A stretch of 64,000 nt of DNA from the sequence record NC_054921.1, one strand, 5' to 3'. The translations under genes were made by a program, and so were the position numbers. The notes beneath the pieces are model-generated. The model searched no databases. It was not told the origin of the DNA and saw only the letters and a list, made by a program, of their open reading frames with translations. Shown here piece after piece: positions 37,040 through 48,906 of the stretch (the first letter of the stretch is position 1; each line of letters starts with the position of its first letter). Source of the DNA: Escherichia phage vB_EcoM_IME537.

Positions 37040-37284
37040 TATAAATTCTCTTTTAAATGAAAATGCAGGACTTATTGGCATTGCCTGCGCAAGCCCTCAA
37101 GGGGAACATAGGTTTTTGGATATTTAACGACCAGGATAACCATAAACCCGTCATCATTCACATTCAAGAGGTACACCGTAAAACTGCCGGGGTCTTAAAA
37201 CTATAATGATTCGCAAATCATTAATCAGACAGTTCGACGGCTCCTCGATTTTAGCTCACACTAAGGCAGTGAATCTCCAATGAA

Positions 37285-37533
37285 TTACTTCAGTGTTACC
37301 ACAAAGTGACGAACTGCTTTTCGTGCAGCAGAAGCCAGAGGCTTAGCATATTTAAGTTCATCTTTTTCCTGAAGCTCAGCAGCTAATGCAGTTTGAGCAG
37401 GATTCAGATGTTTGAAATAACGCAGGATTTCAAGAGCTTCGGCTTCAACATCAATAGATGCGCCATAGTTTTCGTGACCATTATTCCATGCGTTTCGTTG
37501 CAGTTCAAGAGCGTGTTGTAATTGTTTAATCAT
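37285..37533 (-). CDS. rIII: rIII lysis-inhibition accessory protein
   Basis: 82 aa, synteny. Confidence 0.85.
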   Translation of the reverse strand: MIKQLQHALELQRNAWNNGHENYGASIDVEAEALEILRYFKHLNPAQTALAAELQEKDELKYAKPLASAARKAVRHFVVTLK

Positions 37534-37672
37534 TTAAAAATTCTCGTTAGAGATTAAAACTCGGTAGTCACGTTCTTCTGAATTTCATCTTCTTTCGACA
37601 GATCTCTCAGTTGTAGACTACCACGTAGAATTGTTCGGTTAACTTATTATTCCGACACCCAATTCATATTAT

Positions 37673-37680
37673 TATTTATA
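37673..37680 (-). promoter_or_regulatory. Late promoter TATAAATA just downstream of gene 31
   Basis: - strand TATAAATA. Confidence 0.4.
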
Positions 37681-38016
37681 TCACTTATAAAGACACGGAA
37701 TAGCTTTATAGTGACATGTTACGAATTTTTGTTTAATTTCTTTTGGCTGCTTAAGACCCAGAGCTACAAAAGGATGCGGAACGTTTCGAATTTGACCAAC
37801 TGGAAGAGAAGTCAAATCACCAACTTCGCAGAAACCTTCGGGAACATCAGGACCAACAGAGTGAATTACACACAGTTCAGGAACTTCACCTTGAACACGT
37901 TTACCGATAATAAGTCCTGATTCTGTAACTTCTTCATCACCGGCTTGTGCAGGTTCAGAAACTAAAATAACATATTCACCTACAGCACGAATTGGTAGCT
38001 GTTGTACTTCAGACAT
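37681..38016 (-). CDS. 31: Co-chaperonin gp31 (GroES-like)
   Basis: 111 aa, synteny. Confidence 0.9.
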   Translation of the reverse strand: MSEVQQLPIRAVGEYVILVSEPAQAGDEEVTESGLIIGKRVQGEVPELCVIHSVGPDVPEGFCEVGDLTSLPVGQIRNVPHPFVALGLKQPKEIKQKFVTCHYKAIPCLYK

Positions 38017-38072
38017 CGTTTTTCCTTTTTGTTAACAGATGAATTAATAATAACAAATAATTCTTAAAGCAT

Positions 38073-38381
38073 TTATTTACCAATAAATTGAAGCAAATGC
38101 TCAACTTTCATGCCATTAACGGAAATCAATTTGTCAATAGAAAAACCTCGCCATGCACCGAGTTCAACATCAAATACCGGAATCATATCAGTAGATTCTT
38201 TCCGAGTAGATTCAGTCAATTTACCGGTTTGCATGGTTGGCATAAAGTCTGCATCACGAGTACCTTTCATAGTACGAATAGTACCATCAGACTTTTCAAA
38301 AACTACGTTTGAAACACCCATGGACAATTTAGTTTTCAAAATTTCACGAATTGCTACTTTCTGCTCAGTTGTCAGTTTCAT
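38073..38381 (-). CDS. Hypothetical protein (31.1 position)
   Basis: 102 aa. Confidence 0.6.
   Translation of the reverse strand: MKLTTEQKVAIREILKTKLSMGVSNVVFEKSDGTIRTMKGTRDADFMPTMQTGKLTESTRKESTDMIPVFDVELGAWRGFSIDKLISVNGMKVEHLLQFIGK
38077..38096 (-). promoter_or_regulatory. Possible middle promoter for gene 31 (MotA-box-like TTTGCTTCA)
   Basis: - strand TTTGCTTCA about 70 nt upstream of the gene 31 ATG; -10 unclear. Confidence 0.3.
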
Positions 38382-38618
38382 TTATTTACCTATCACAGTT
38401 TTAATATGGGTTGTTCCACGTTCTTTAAGTGTGGAAAGCAGTTTTTGGCATTTTTCTAAATCAGATTTCCAACTATACGGCCTATCAATACAAACCCATT
38501 CTGACTTATAATACTGCTTCCATTTAGAGAAAAAATATTTCTTATACTCTACAGCAAATGAGATGTTCTCGTTAGAATAAGAACTAATTGCTGTGAGCTT
38601 TACCAAACGAAATTTCAT
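38382..38618 (-). CDS. Hypothetical protein (31.2 position)
   Basis: 78 aa. Confidence 0.6.
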   Translation of the reverse strand: MKFRLVKLTAISSYSNENISFAVEYKKYFFSKWKQYYKSEWVCIDRPYSWKSDLEKCQKLLSTLKERGTTHIKTVIGK

Positions 38619-39199
38619 TATTCACCACAGAATTCGTTGATATTTTCCCAGTTTAACTTATTCAAGTTTTTCTTAGGAACATTAAACACTTCAATACCTG
38701 CATTTCGCAGAATATCATCCCAGCCAGGTTTATTTTTATCGTATGTTTCGCAATAAACCAGCTTTTTAATACCAGATTGAGCTATCGCTTTTGCGCAATC
38801 TGGGCAAGGAGAAAGTGTTACATACATAGTAGCACCTTCAATTGAAGAACCATTTCGTGCAGCAAACAAAATCGCATTTAGTTCAGCATGAATTTCATTT
38901 TTAGACGACCATTCAGAGTGAGCGCTACGGTGTTCTTTCGCCAAAACAAAACGATCAGTTGAACCAAACGATACACATTCAGGCTTATGACCTTGAATGA
39001 TAGTATGTTTAGGCTTATTCAGCAACCAACCTTGCTCAGCAGCATAATCACAGCAATTCACACCACCTGCCGGAGAACCGTTATATCCAGTAGAAATAAT
39101 ACGTCCATTCTTTTCAATTACTGCTCCTACCTTCCAGGAGCAACATTTGGATTCTTGTGATACTAAATATGCAATTTGAAGTACTGTACTCGCTTTCAT
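38618..39199 (-). CDS. cd: dCMP deaminase
   Basis: 193 aa; zinc motifs HAELNAI and PCPDCAK. Confidence 0.92.
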   Translation of the reverse strand: MKASTVLQIAYLVSQESKCCSWKVGAVIEKNGRIISTGYNGSPAGGVNCCDYAAEQGWLLNKPKHTIIQGHKPECVSFGSTDRFVLAKEHRSAHSEWSSKNEIHAELNAILFAARNGSSIEGATMYVTLSPCPDCAKAIAQSGIKKLVYCETYDKNKPGWDDILRNAGIEVFNVPKKNLNKLNWENINEFCGE

Positions 39200-39534
39200 T
39201 TCATAATCACCAGATAAGCAGATTTAGCAGTTTCAACACGATAAATTTCGTGACGAAGTTTAGTTATACTTTTAATAACAGAACTAATTATATTCTGCCC
39301 GTCTTTAAAGCGGTTTTTCTTATCAATAAAAATTGCACCAGCCATCTTTTTGTGAAGCTCAACTGGATACTTCGTCACAATAATAGCATCATACACAGAA
39401 GGATGAATACTATTCACCAGAGTATCATTCATTAAAGTTATTCTAATGAACTGTGCTGTGTCAGAGTCAAGCGCTCTATGATCGCCAGTATCATTTTCAA
39501 GACAATTATCAATTATATCAGTTAAATTCATCAT
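39196..39534 (-). CDS. Hypothetical protein (cd.x block)
   Basis: 112 aa, ATGA coupling. Confidence 0.55.
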   Translation of the reverse strand: MMNLTDIIDNCLENDTGDHRALDSDTAQFIRITLMNDTLVNSIHPSVYDAIIVTKYPVELHKKMAGAIFIDKKNRFKDGQNIISSVIKSITKLRHEIYRVETAKSAYLVIMK

Positions 39535-39767
39535 AGTACGCCATACACCCTTTGTGCTTCAACTAATCCATCAAAATCCAATTTAAGATGCGATATTTGA
39601 TCGCCATCACCTGGATTCACAATTACTAATACTGAACGAGGAGTTTCGGTAATAACACGAACCGATGTTTCAGGAAATCGTTCAGAAACCTTATTTACCA
39701 ATTCCTGCGCAAATAGCTTAACTTTTTCTTGGAATTCTTTAACAGTAATCGGTTTTTCACTTAGCAT
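39531..39767 (-). CDS. Hypothetical protein (cd.x block)
   Basis: 78 aa. Confidence 0.55.
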   Translation of the reverse strand: MLSEKPITVKEFQEKVKLFAQELVNKVSERFPETSVRVITETPRSVLVIVNPGDGDQISHLKLDFDGLVEAQRVYGVL

Positions 39768-40288
39768 GTTGATCCCAGCTCCTTACTTTCAACGTTTTTA
39801 ACTAATTTGACAGAAACTAATTCAGCATCTTGAGTAATCATTACTGGGCCTTCTTCATACTCTTCAAGATATTCTAGAGCTTTCTTTTTAGCTTCTTCCT
39901 TCGTATCAGTTTGAGCATAGATATAAAACATACAACCAGTAATACCTACTACTTTCCATTTAATTTCTTTATCAGTTTTAATTTCAAATTTACTGACAGA
40001 ATCATCTTTTTGAACTTCTTCGAAAAAAGAATATTCTAACATATAAGCAATTGAAAATAACGGGCTATCTTTATAGGATTCGCCCATTACATCAATAGCT
40101 TTATACCAGCAGTCATCAATTTCGCGTTTAATGCTAATAACATTCTTTGCAGGGTCAATTTTTACTTTAAATGAATTTTCCCCAATAAACTGGGCAATTC
40201 GTTTATTAGCCCCGCAAGTTTCATTAAAAATATCTTTATACCCAGTTTTAAAGCGATAAACCTTATCTTCTTCAAACCATTCGCTCAT
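39761..40288 (-). CDS. Hypothetical protein (cd.x block)
   Basis: 175 aa. Confidence 0.55.
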   Translation of the reverse strand: MSEWFEEDKVYRFKTGYKDIFNETCGANKRIAQFIGENSFKVKIDPAKNVISIKREIDDCWYKAIDVMGESYKDSPLFSIAYMLEYSFFEEVQKDDSVSKFEIKTDKEIKWKVVGITGCMFYIYAQTDTKEEAKKKALEYLEEYEEGPVMITQDAELVSVKLVKNVESKELGSTC

Positions 40289-40309
40289 TTCAATTTCCTC
40301 ATTTGTTTG

Positions 40310-40348
40310 GTAGAGCTATAATATCACAACTCTACCGTAAAGTAAACT
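40310..40348 (-). promoter_or_regulatory. Early promoter (TTTAC -35, -10 TATTAT) with a 7-bp inverted repeat GGTAGAG/CTCTACC around the -10
   Basis: seen directly upstream of the ORF starting at 40288. Confidence 0.45.
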
Positions 40349-40349
40349 A

Positions 40350-40625
40350 TTAAATCGCTTTGAATTCCGCAGTTTGAGATTCAAAACGAATGTCGCCTTT
40401 GATAACTAGCTCAGCATCAAGACCGAATACAACAATGATATGCGCGGAACCTGGATACAACGTGATGGCAACAGAATCCACCTGGTCTGGAAGCAAAGTA
40501 TTCAATACATGAGTCACTTGAGCATGAATTCGAAGCTCAGCTGCATTATCAAGCTTTTCAAACATATTATTAGCGATAATTTGGCTAAACACTACTTCTA
40601 CGATTTTAGAATAAGTCGGAAACAT
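40350..40625 (-). CDS. Hypothetical protein (cd.x block)
   Basis: 91 aa. Confidence 0.55.
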   Translation of the reverse strand: MFPTYSKIVEVVFSQIIANNMFEKLDNAAELRIHAQVTHVLNTLLPDQVDSVAITLYPGSAHIIVVFGLDAELVIKGDIRFESQTAEFKAI

Positions 40626-40627
40626 AT

Positions 40628-40828
40628 TTACCTCACATAATTTTCTTCAAGCCAATCAATAACATCCAACGCATTATCAAAAGTTGAACCATCTACTTTG
40701 TCTTCTGTTTCATAATCAAGAACATCTAAGCCTACTCTTCCATCAACAATAGGCCATAAACAAAATAGATATTTCTTTTCTTTTTCAATTTTATCACAAA
40801 GACGATAAATCTTTTCTATATTATTCAT
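40628..40828 (-). CDS. Hypothetical protein (cd.x block)
   Basis: 66 aa. Confidence 0.5.
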   Translation of the reverse strand: MNNIEKIYRLCDKIEKEKKYLFCLWPIVDGRVGLDVLDYETEDKVDGSTFDNALDVIDWLEENYVR

Positions 40829-41017
40829 AAGTTTTCCATGGTAAAGGTAGTTTAGTTTTCTTTACTGTTAGTTCAATATCAGGATTCTTTTCTCTTAATT
40901 TAAGGCATTCCTCCCAAGCTCTTATTTCACTAGTGAATACACAAAATTGCCCATTACTAGTACCAACTAAACCACTATTTACAATAACAATAGACCAAGT
41001 TTCATGATGCCACGCCA

Positions 41018-41018
<1 letters not shown>
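40821..41018 (-). CDS. Hypothetical protein coupled to the pseT stop
   Basis: 65 aa from the internal ATG at 41018. Confidence 0.45.
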
Positions 41019-42221
<1,203 letters not shown>

Positions 42222-42225
<4 letters not shown>

Positions 42226-42452
42226 TTATTTTTCTCAACTAATGATTGAATATAATCATGCAGGTCTTTAGATGCTTTACCCCACTTATTTTGGTATTCA
42301 TTTTTAAGATTAGCCCGAGATTGAGCTAATAAAACATCATTAGTTGGAGGTAAAGATTCTAATCGTTGAATCTGGCGTCCATAAATCATTGCAGCCATCT
42401 CGGATTCATAAATCAATCCTTTGAGATGTTCAAATTGATTCCATGAAATCAT
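42222..42452 (-). CDS. Hypothetical protein (pseT.x block)
   Basis: 76 aa. Confidence 0.55.
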
Positions 42453-42748
42453 TTACATTTATCCTCTTTTAGCTCTTGACGATAATAACATATCATAGTT
42501 TTTTGGTCATGTACATATCGTTTTACATCATTAAGCCAAATACGAAATTCCTGGGAATCTTCAAATGGCATACCAACCCAAGCTTTACCATCAATAACTT
42601 TAACTTGCCAGGATAGTTTAGCTTCATCATATGACTTTATTTGCACAGGCCAATTAGGATGAACTGTTTCTTTCTTTACTTCTAGAGGCTTTGTCGAACA
42701 ACCAACTAGAAGACCAATAGATAATATTACTGCCGATAGTTTAATCAT
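42449..42748 (-). CDS. Outer-membrane spanin (Rz1-like lipoprotein)
   Basis: 99 aa; signal peptide with lipobox LLVGC. Confidence 0.65.
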   Translation of the reverse strand: MIKLSAVILSIGLLVGCSTKPLEVKKETVHPNWPVQIKSYDEAKLSWQVKVIDGKAWVGMPFEDSQEFRIWLNDVKRYVHDQKTMICYYRQELKEDKCK

Positions 42749-43098
42749 TTAGAAAGGTCCTGGATGTCTTCTGCGAACTTGTTGAAGGAGTTGTTGATTT
42801 GTTTTTCAACCAATCCTGGCTTATGAGCCACCACATCCGCCTTCTTTGCATCTTTGCGCAGTTTTTCATTTTCACGCTCAATAGCAGCAATTGCCTCACG
42901 ATTTTTATTATTCATCGCATCAATATAATTATACTGAATTCGCAAATTATCTAATGCTAAAGCGTTTTCATTGGCCGTTTTTGTAATTTCAGTAACCGAT
43001 GTTTCTAATCTTTCTACCTTATTTTTTAAAATAATAGATGTTCCGCCAAATGCTATTACAAGTAATAGCAATCCAGCTGTAAAATTACTTACATGCAT
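42745..43098 (-). CDS. Inner-membrane spanin (Rz-like)
   Basis: 117 aa; N-terminal TM helix AGLLLLVIAFGGTSIIL then coiled coil; adjacent to the lipoprotein. Confidence 0.65.
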   Translation of the reverse strand: MHVSNFTAGLLLLVIAFGGTSIILKNKVERLETSVTEITKTANENALALDNLRIQYNYIDAMNNKNREAIAAIERENEKLRKDAKKADVVAHKPGLVEKQINNSFNKFAEDIQDLSK

Positions 43099-43595
43099 AA
43101 AGTTTTAATAACCTCTACAATATCGTCTTGAGAAAGACCGTTAATTAAAATATGATGTTCAGCCGGAGATTTAGAAATTTTAAAGCATGCCTCAACATCT
43201 TCTGCCATATCTGATGCACTACGATTTGGATTACTAATTCCAAGACGATGTTTTCCCGTCAAAGGATTAACGATGATGTAGCATTTACAGCTATTAATGT
43301 GAACATTAGGTTGAGTCTGATTAATAAACACATCACAATCATATTTCGCAAGCTGATTTTCTAAAAAGACTTTCATCTCCTCAACCGCATCAGGAAGCAT
43401 ATCACGGGCTTGCTCAAGACGACGATTTCGATATTCTTTAATGGTCGTTTTCCGCTTGACTTGCTTAGCTAAATCTTTCTTAAGATCAGTGATATATCCA
43501 ACTCGACGATTTCCTTTGAATACAGAAATCCCATCTGTAGTATCACCGTATGCTTCAACGACCATCTCAGTAGTAATAAGCTGCAAATCCATCAT
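43089..43595 (-). CDS. alc: Alc, host transcription shutoff protein
   Basis: 168 aa; position between rnlA and the spanins, directly downstream of an early promoter. Confidence 0.75.
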   Translation of the reverse strand: MMDLQLITTEMVVEAYGDTTDGISVFKGNRRVGYITDLKKDLAKQVKRKTTIKEYRNRRLEQARDMLPDAVEEMKVFLENQLAKYDCDVFINQTQPNVHINSCKCYIIVNPLTGKHRLGISNPNRSASDMAEDVEACFKISKSPAEHHILINGLSQDDIVEVIKTLCM

Positions 43596-43600
43596 AAAGT

Positions 43601-43656
43601 CCTCATGTTATGTCAGTAAGACTACTATAACACAACACGAGGGACTTGTAAACAGC
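43601..43656 (-). promoter_or_regulatory. T4 early promoter cassette, copy 2 (GTTTAC...TATAGT plus leader with RBS) for alc
   Basis: 52 of 53 nt identical to 29507..29562. Confidence 0.65.
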
Positions 43657-45244
<1,588 letters not shown>

Positions 45245-45252
45245 AATAAAAT

Positions 45253-45266
45253 GGGCCTTGCGGCCC
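45253..45266 (-). terminator. Hairpin GGGCC-GCAA-GGCCC between nrdB and denA
   Basis: 5-bp stem, GNRA loop. Confidence 0.4.
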
Positions 45267-45271
45267 ACTCC

Positions 45272-46441
45272 TTAAAAATATTTTTTAAAACTCATCATAA
45301 CTTTATCATCAACATCATTATCAATCTGTGCTACAAGGTAAGATGACAGTTCTACTTCTTGCGGCGCGGATTGAACATTATCAGAATTAAGGTATTCACG
45401 AATCCAAGGATACGGATGTTTAACCGGAGCATCGGTAATTGGGCATGGAAGACCGCACTGTTTCATACGAGATACAGTTAAGTAATCAATAAAGCTCCAC
45501 ATGCTATTTGTATTTAATCCAGGAACATCGCCATCTTTAAATAAATGAACTGCCCAGTCTTTTTCTTGGCGGTTAACTTCCATGAAAATATCAACTGCTT
45601 CTTGTTCACACTCTTGAGCAATTTTAACCCATTCATCACCATCAGTGCCAAGTTGAAGTTGACGAATAATATATTGGGTGCCTTTAAGATGAAGCTGCTC
45701 ATCACGCGCAATGAACTTCATAATCTTGGCATTACCTTCCATGATTTCCATGTTCTTATGGAAGTTAAAGGTACATGCGAAAGATACGTAAAAACGAATA
45801 GCTTCCAATGCATTGATTACATGCAAGCAGAGGTAAAGAGATTTCATTAATGCTCGTTTAGTACATTCAACAACTTTGCCTAACTCTTCTTTACGAAATC
45901 CTTCTGATAAAATTCCTTCATAATCTTCAACCGCGTTTTGGTATTCACGAGTCTTAACTAGAACATCATCGTAATAGCGACCAATGGACTCGGCACGTTT
46001 CATAATAGCTTTATCTAATACAATCTCATCAAATACCTTTGATGGGTCAGTATAAAGATTTCGCATGATATGAGTATATGAACGACTGTGAATAGTTTCA
46101 CTAAAAGTCCATGTAGCAACCCATGTATCAAGACTTGGATCTGAAATTAATGACATAAGTACTGCAGACGGTGCACGACCCTGAATGCTATCTAGAAGTG
46201 ATTGATACTTCAGGTTATTAGTAAAAATATCTTGCTGATACTGAGGAAGCTTGTTAAATTGTGCAGCATCCATCATTAAGTTTACTTCTTCAGGACGCCA
46301 GAAAAATGATAAAGATTTCTCTGTAAGTTCTTCAAATACTCGATGCCGTTGAATATCATAACGCGCAATACCAAGACCTGAACCAAAAAACATAGGTTCT
46401 TTTAAAACATCAACTGGATTTGTATTAAAAACTGTAGACAT
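45272..46441 (-). CDS. nrdB: Ribonucleotide reductase small subunit NrdB, intronless
   Basis: 389 aa from ATG 46441 (MSTVFNTNP...); single continuous ORF. Confidence 0.93.
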   Translation of the reverse strand: MSTVFNTNPVDVLKEPMFFGSGLGIARYDIQRHRVFEELTEKSLSFFWRPEEVNLMMDAAQFNKLPQYQQDIFTNNLKYQSLLDSIQGRAPSAVLMSLISDPSLDTWVATWTFSETIHSRSYTHIMRNLYTDPSKVFDEIVLDKAIMKRAESIGRYYDDVLVKTREYQNAVEDYEGILSEGFRKEELGKVVECTKRALMKSLYLCLHVINALEAIRFYVSFACTFNFHKNMEIMEGNAKIMKFIARDEQLHLKGTQYIIRQLQLGTDGDEWVKIAQECEQEAVDIFMEVNRQEKDWAVHLFKDGDVPGLNTNSMWSFIDYLTVSRMKQCGLPCPITDAPVKHPYPWIREYLNSDNVQSAPQEVELSSYLVAQIDNDVDDKVMMSFKKYF

Positions 46442-47172
46442 TAATTTTTCCTCTTTAAAATTCTGCCGTGTTTCCAACCTGGCGGTATAATATCATCTTT
46501 ACCTATAAGCGTGCATTCACTTCCATTATTAATCCATTTCTTACCGCGGATTCCTTTATAATCTCTTGGTTTTATTTTGTCAAACTTTGCATCAAGTTGA
46601 TATGACCATCTAAATCCATAAGCATATTGAAATTTACCCTCGGCACAATATTTGATATTTGACCCGTTTCCATTAACTGACCGGGACGCTGCCGCAATAG
46701 AGTGAAAGGTTTCTATGAAATCCCCATCTAATGAGAATTTATGTATTTCTACAGATGGGCACGCATATCTATTCACGTTAGATACATGCTGTTTAGTTTC
46801 GTTTTTATGATGCTTGCCTAGCATCCCTTTAGGATGAGGATTATTTTTCCAATATTTCTTAAAGAACTCAGAATTAGCTTTAGCAAATAATTTTCTGTGT
46901 AAGCTGTACAATCTGTTATTAATTCTATTGCCAGCTTTATCTGTTGCCATTAACGTTAACGCAGAGGCAAGACCAAAATGGCCTTCATTTATCTTACATA
47001 GTAATAGATGAGCTATAAAATGTTCTCTGGCTGTTAATTCAACTAAATTTTCCTTATCATCAGAACCTCCCATACATTTAGGGATTATATGATGTGTCTC
47101 TTTATATTCTAGTAAAGATTCCCGAGCCTGAGCTCGGGAAATTAGGTCGTTATAGATTTTTTGATAATTCAT
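46441..47172 (-). mobile_element. mobE: Free-standing HNH homing endonuclease (mobE position between nrdA and nrdB)
   Basis: 243 aa; HNH motif ETHHIIPKCMGGSDDKENLVELTAREHFIAH; TAATG overlaps at both ends. Confidence 0.8.
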
Positions 47173-48161
47173 TACAATTTACACGCTGCGCAATCATCGG
47201 CTTTTGGAGTTTCTATTTCATAATCATCAGTACCGGAACCATCACGAGTATTATGATAATAGAAGTTTTTAATGCCATAATACCATCCGTATAGCATGTC
47301 ATCAATCATTACAGACATTGGAACTTTTCCTTTTGGAAAAATCTGCGGGTCATAATATGTATTTGCTGAAGCTGATTGACATACCCATTTCAGCATAATA
47401 GCTACTTGCGTAAGATAAGGTTTATTACCTTTTTTAGCTAATTTCCACGTATAATCATACAGGTCTATGTTATGCTCAATATTGGGCACGACTTGATTAA
47501 AGGAGCCCTCTTTTGATTCTTTAACAGAGACTGGTCCACGTGGAGGCTCGATACCGTTTGTACTGTTAGAAACTTGGGAAGATGACTCACATGGCATAAG
47601 TGCTGATAATGTGCTATTACGGATGCCAAAGAGCTTAAGGTCTTCCCGCAGCGACGACCAGTCACAAACGTATTTTGGAGCTGCGATTTGGTCAATCTTT
47701 TTATTGTACCAGTCGATAGGTAATTCGCCTCGAGACCAACGGGTGTCTGAATAATATTCGCAAGGTCCTTTTTCTTTGGCGAGCTTAATGGATGCTTTAA
47801 TGAGTCCATACTGTAATCTCTCAAATAGTTCATGTGTTAAATCGTTAGCATCTTCATAAGAAGCAAAATTACTTGCCAGCCAAGCTGCATAGTTAGTAAC
47901 ACCTACGCCAAGGTTTCGACGCTTTTTAGCTTTTTCTGCTTCAGGAACTGGATATCCTTGGTAATCCAAAAGATTATCAAGAGCACGAACTTGGACTTCT
48001 GCCAATTCATTAATTTTATCTTGGTCTTGCCAATCGAAGTTATCTAACACAAATGCAGATAACGTGCAGAGGCCCACTTCACCTTTGTTTTCAATAACTT
48101 GTATTGTTGTATACTCATCATCTTCGTAAAATTCATCTACAAATTCATAATCAATATTCAT
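47172..48161 (-). CDS. nrdA: NrdA C-terminal piece (carries GLCTLSAF and the C-terminal YY...CAAC tail)
   Basis: 329 aa; begins with a 23-aa acidic non-conserved head, then the conserved class I large-subunit sequence. Confidence 0.88.
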   Translation of the reverse strand: MNIDYEFVDEFYEDDEYTTIQVIENKGEVGLCTLSAFVLDNFDWQDQDKINELAEVQVRALDNLLDYQGYPVPEAEKAKKRRNLGVGVTNYAAWLASNFASYEDANDLTHELFERLQYGLIKASIKLAKEKGPCEYYSDTRWSRGELPIDWYNKKIDQIAAPKYVCDWSSLREDLKLFGIRNSTLSALMPCESSSQVSNSTNGIEPPRGPVSVKESKEGSFNQVVPNIEHNIDLYDYTWKLAKKGNKPYLTQVAIMLKWVCQSASANTYYDPQIFPKGKVPMSVMIDDMLYGWYYGIKNFYYHNTRDGSGTDDYEIETPKADDCAACKL

Positions 48162-48861
48162 TTAATTCTTCTACCTTTTTTCGAGATATTCCTAGAGCTT
48201 TAGATGCTCGATGTATTGATTGATATTCTATACCGTTTATTTTTACAGCAATTAAGTTATGGGGTTTTAATCCCTTTGGATGAGGTTTACTGACGTATTC
48301 TTGATTATCGTTTTCAGAGATATTATCAAGCTTTCGACACTTAAAGCCTTTATGTTGAGACCTTTTGCCTTTGCATACGGCCGACATTGCCGAAGCATTG
48401 AGTGAATGTAGTTCGCAAAATTCTCTTAGGCCTTTATGGATTTCTTCATGACCGTCCGGGAAAGTAAATACCCAAGTTGTTTGAAGTTTTTCTCTATGCT
48501 CGTCAGTTACCGGAATACCTTTGTTCCAAGCTGGTTTGCCTTTATTATTTTCAGATACAGAAATAGCCAATTTTCTTCTAAGCCACCCATGGCGTTTATT
48601 GGTGTTCTTTCGTTCAATATTATCTTCAGAATAAACACACATCATATTAGCGGCAAATACCAATTTATGATTATCTGGATATATCTTTACTAATAATTGA
48701 TGAGCTATGTAATGCTCTTCGGGTGTCAAATCTACCAGGTTTTCCTTTGTATCAGAACCACCAATACACAGAGGTATAATATGGTGTGATTCGGTATAGC
48801 AATCTAATTTTCTGTTCTTAGCTTTAGAAATAAGGTTATTGTAAATTTTAGAATAATCCAT
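48151..48861 (-). mobile_element. Second HNH homing endonuclease (mobE paralogue) inserted inside nrdA
   Basis: 236 aa; HNH motif ESHHIIPLCIGGSDTKENLVDLTPEEHYIAH; own RBS AAGAGGAAAA; C-terminal HTH-like RASKALGISRKKVEEL. Confidence 0.85.
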
Positions 48862-48906
48862 AACTTTTCCTCTTGTTATGGATTATTTATTAACGGTCTG
48901 TGTACT

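Noticed and set aside
37150-37250. tRNA gene in the rIII spacer (GTTCGAC resembles a T-loop)
   Set aside because: No acceptor stem, anticodon arm or CCA-compatible cloverleaf could be built around it by eye. A dedicated tRNA search was not possible.
47465-47833. 122-aa ORF on the - strand inside the nrdA C piece
   Set aside because: It lies entirely within the conserved NrdA frame in an alternative frame, with no RBS or motif.
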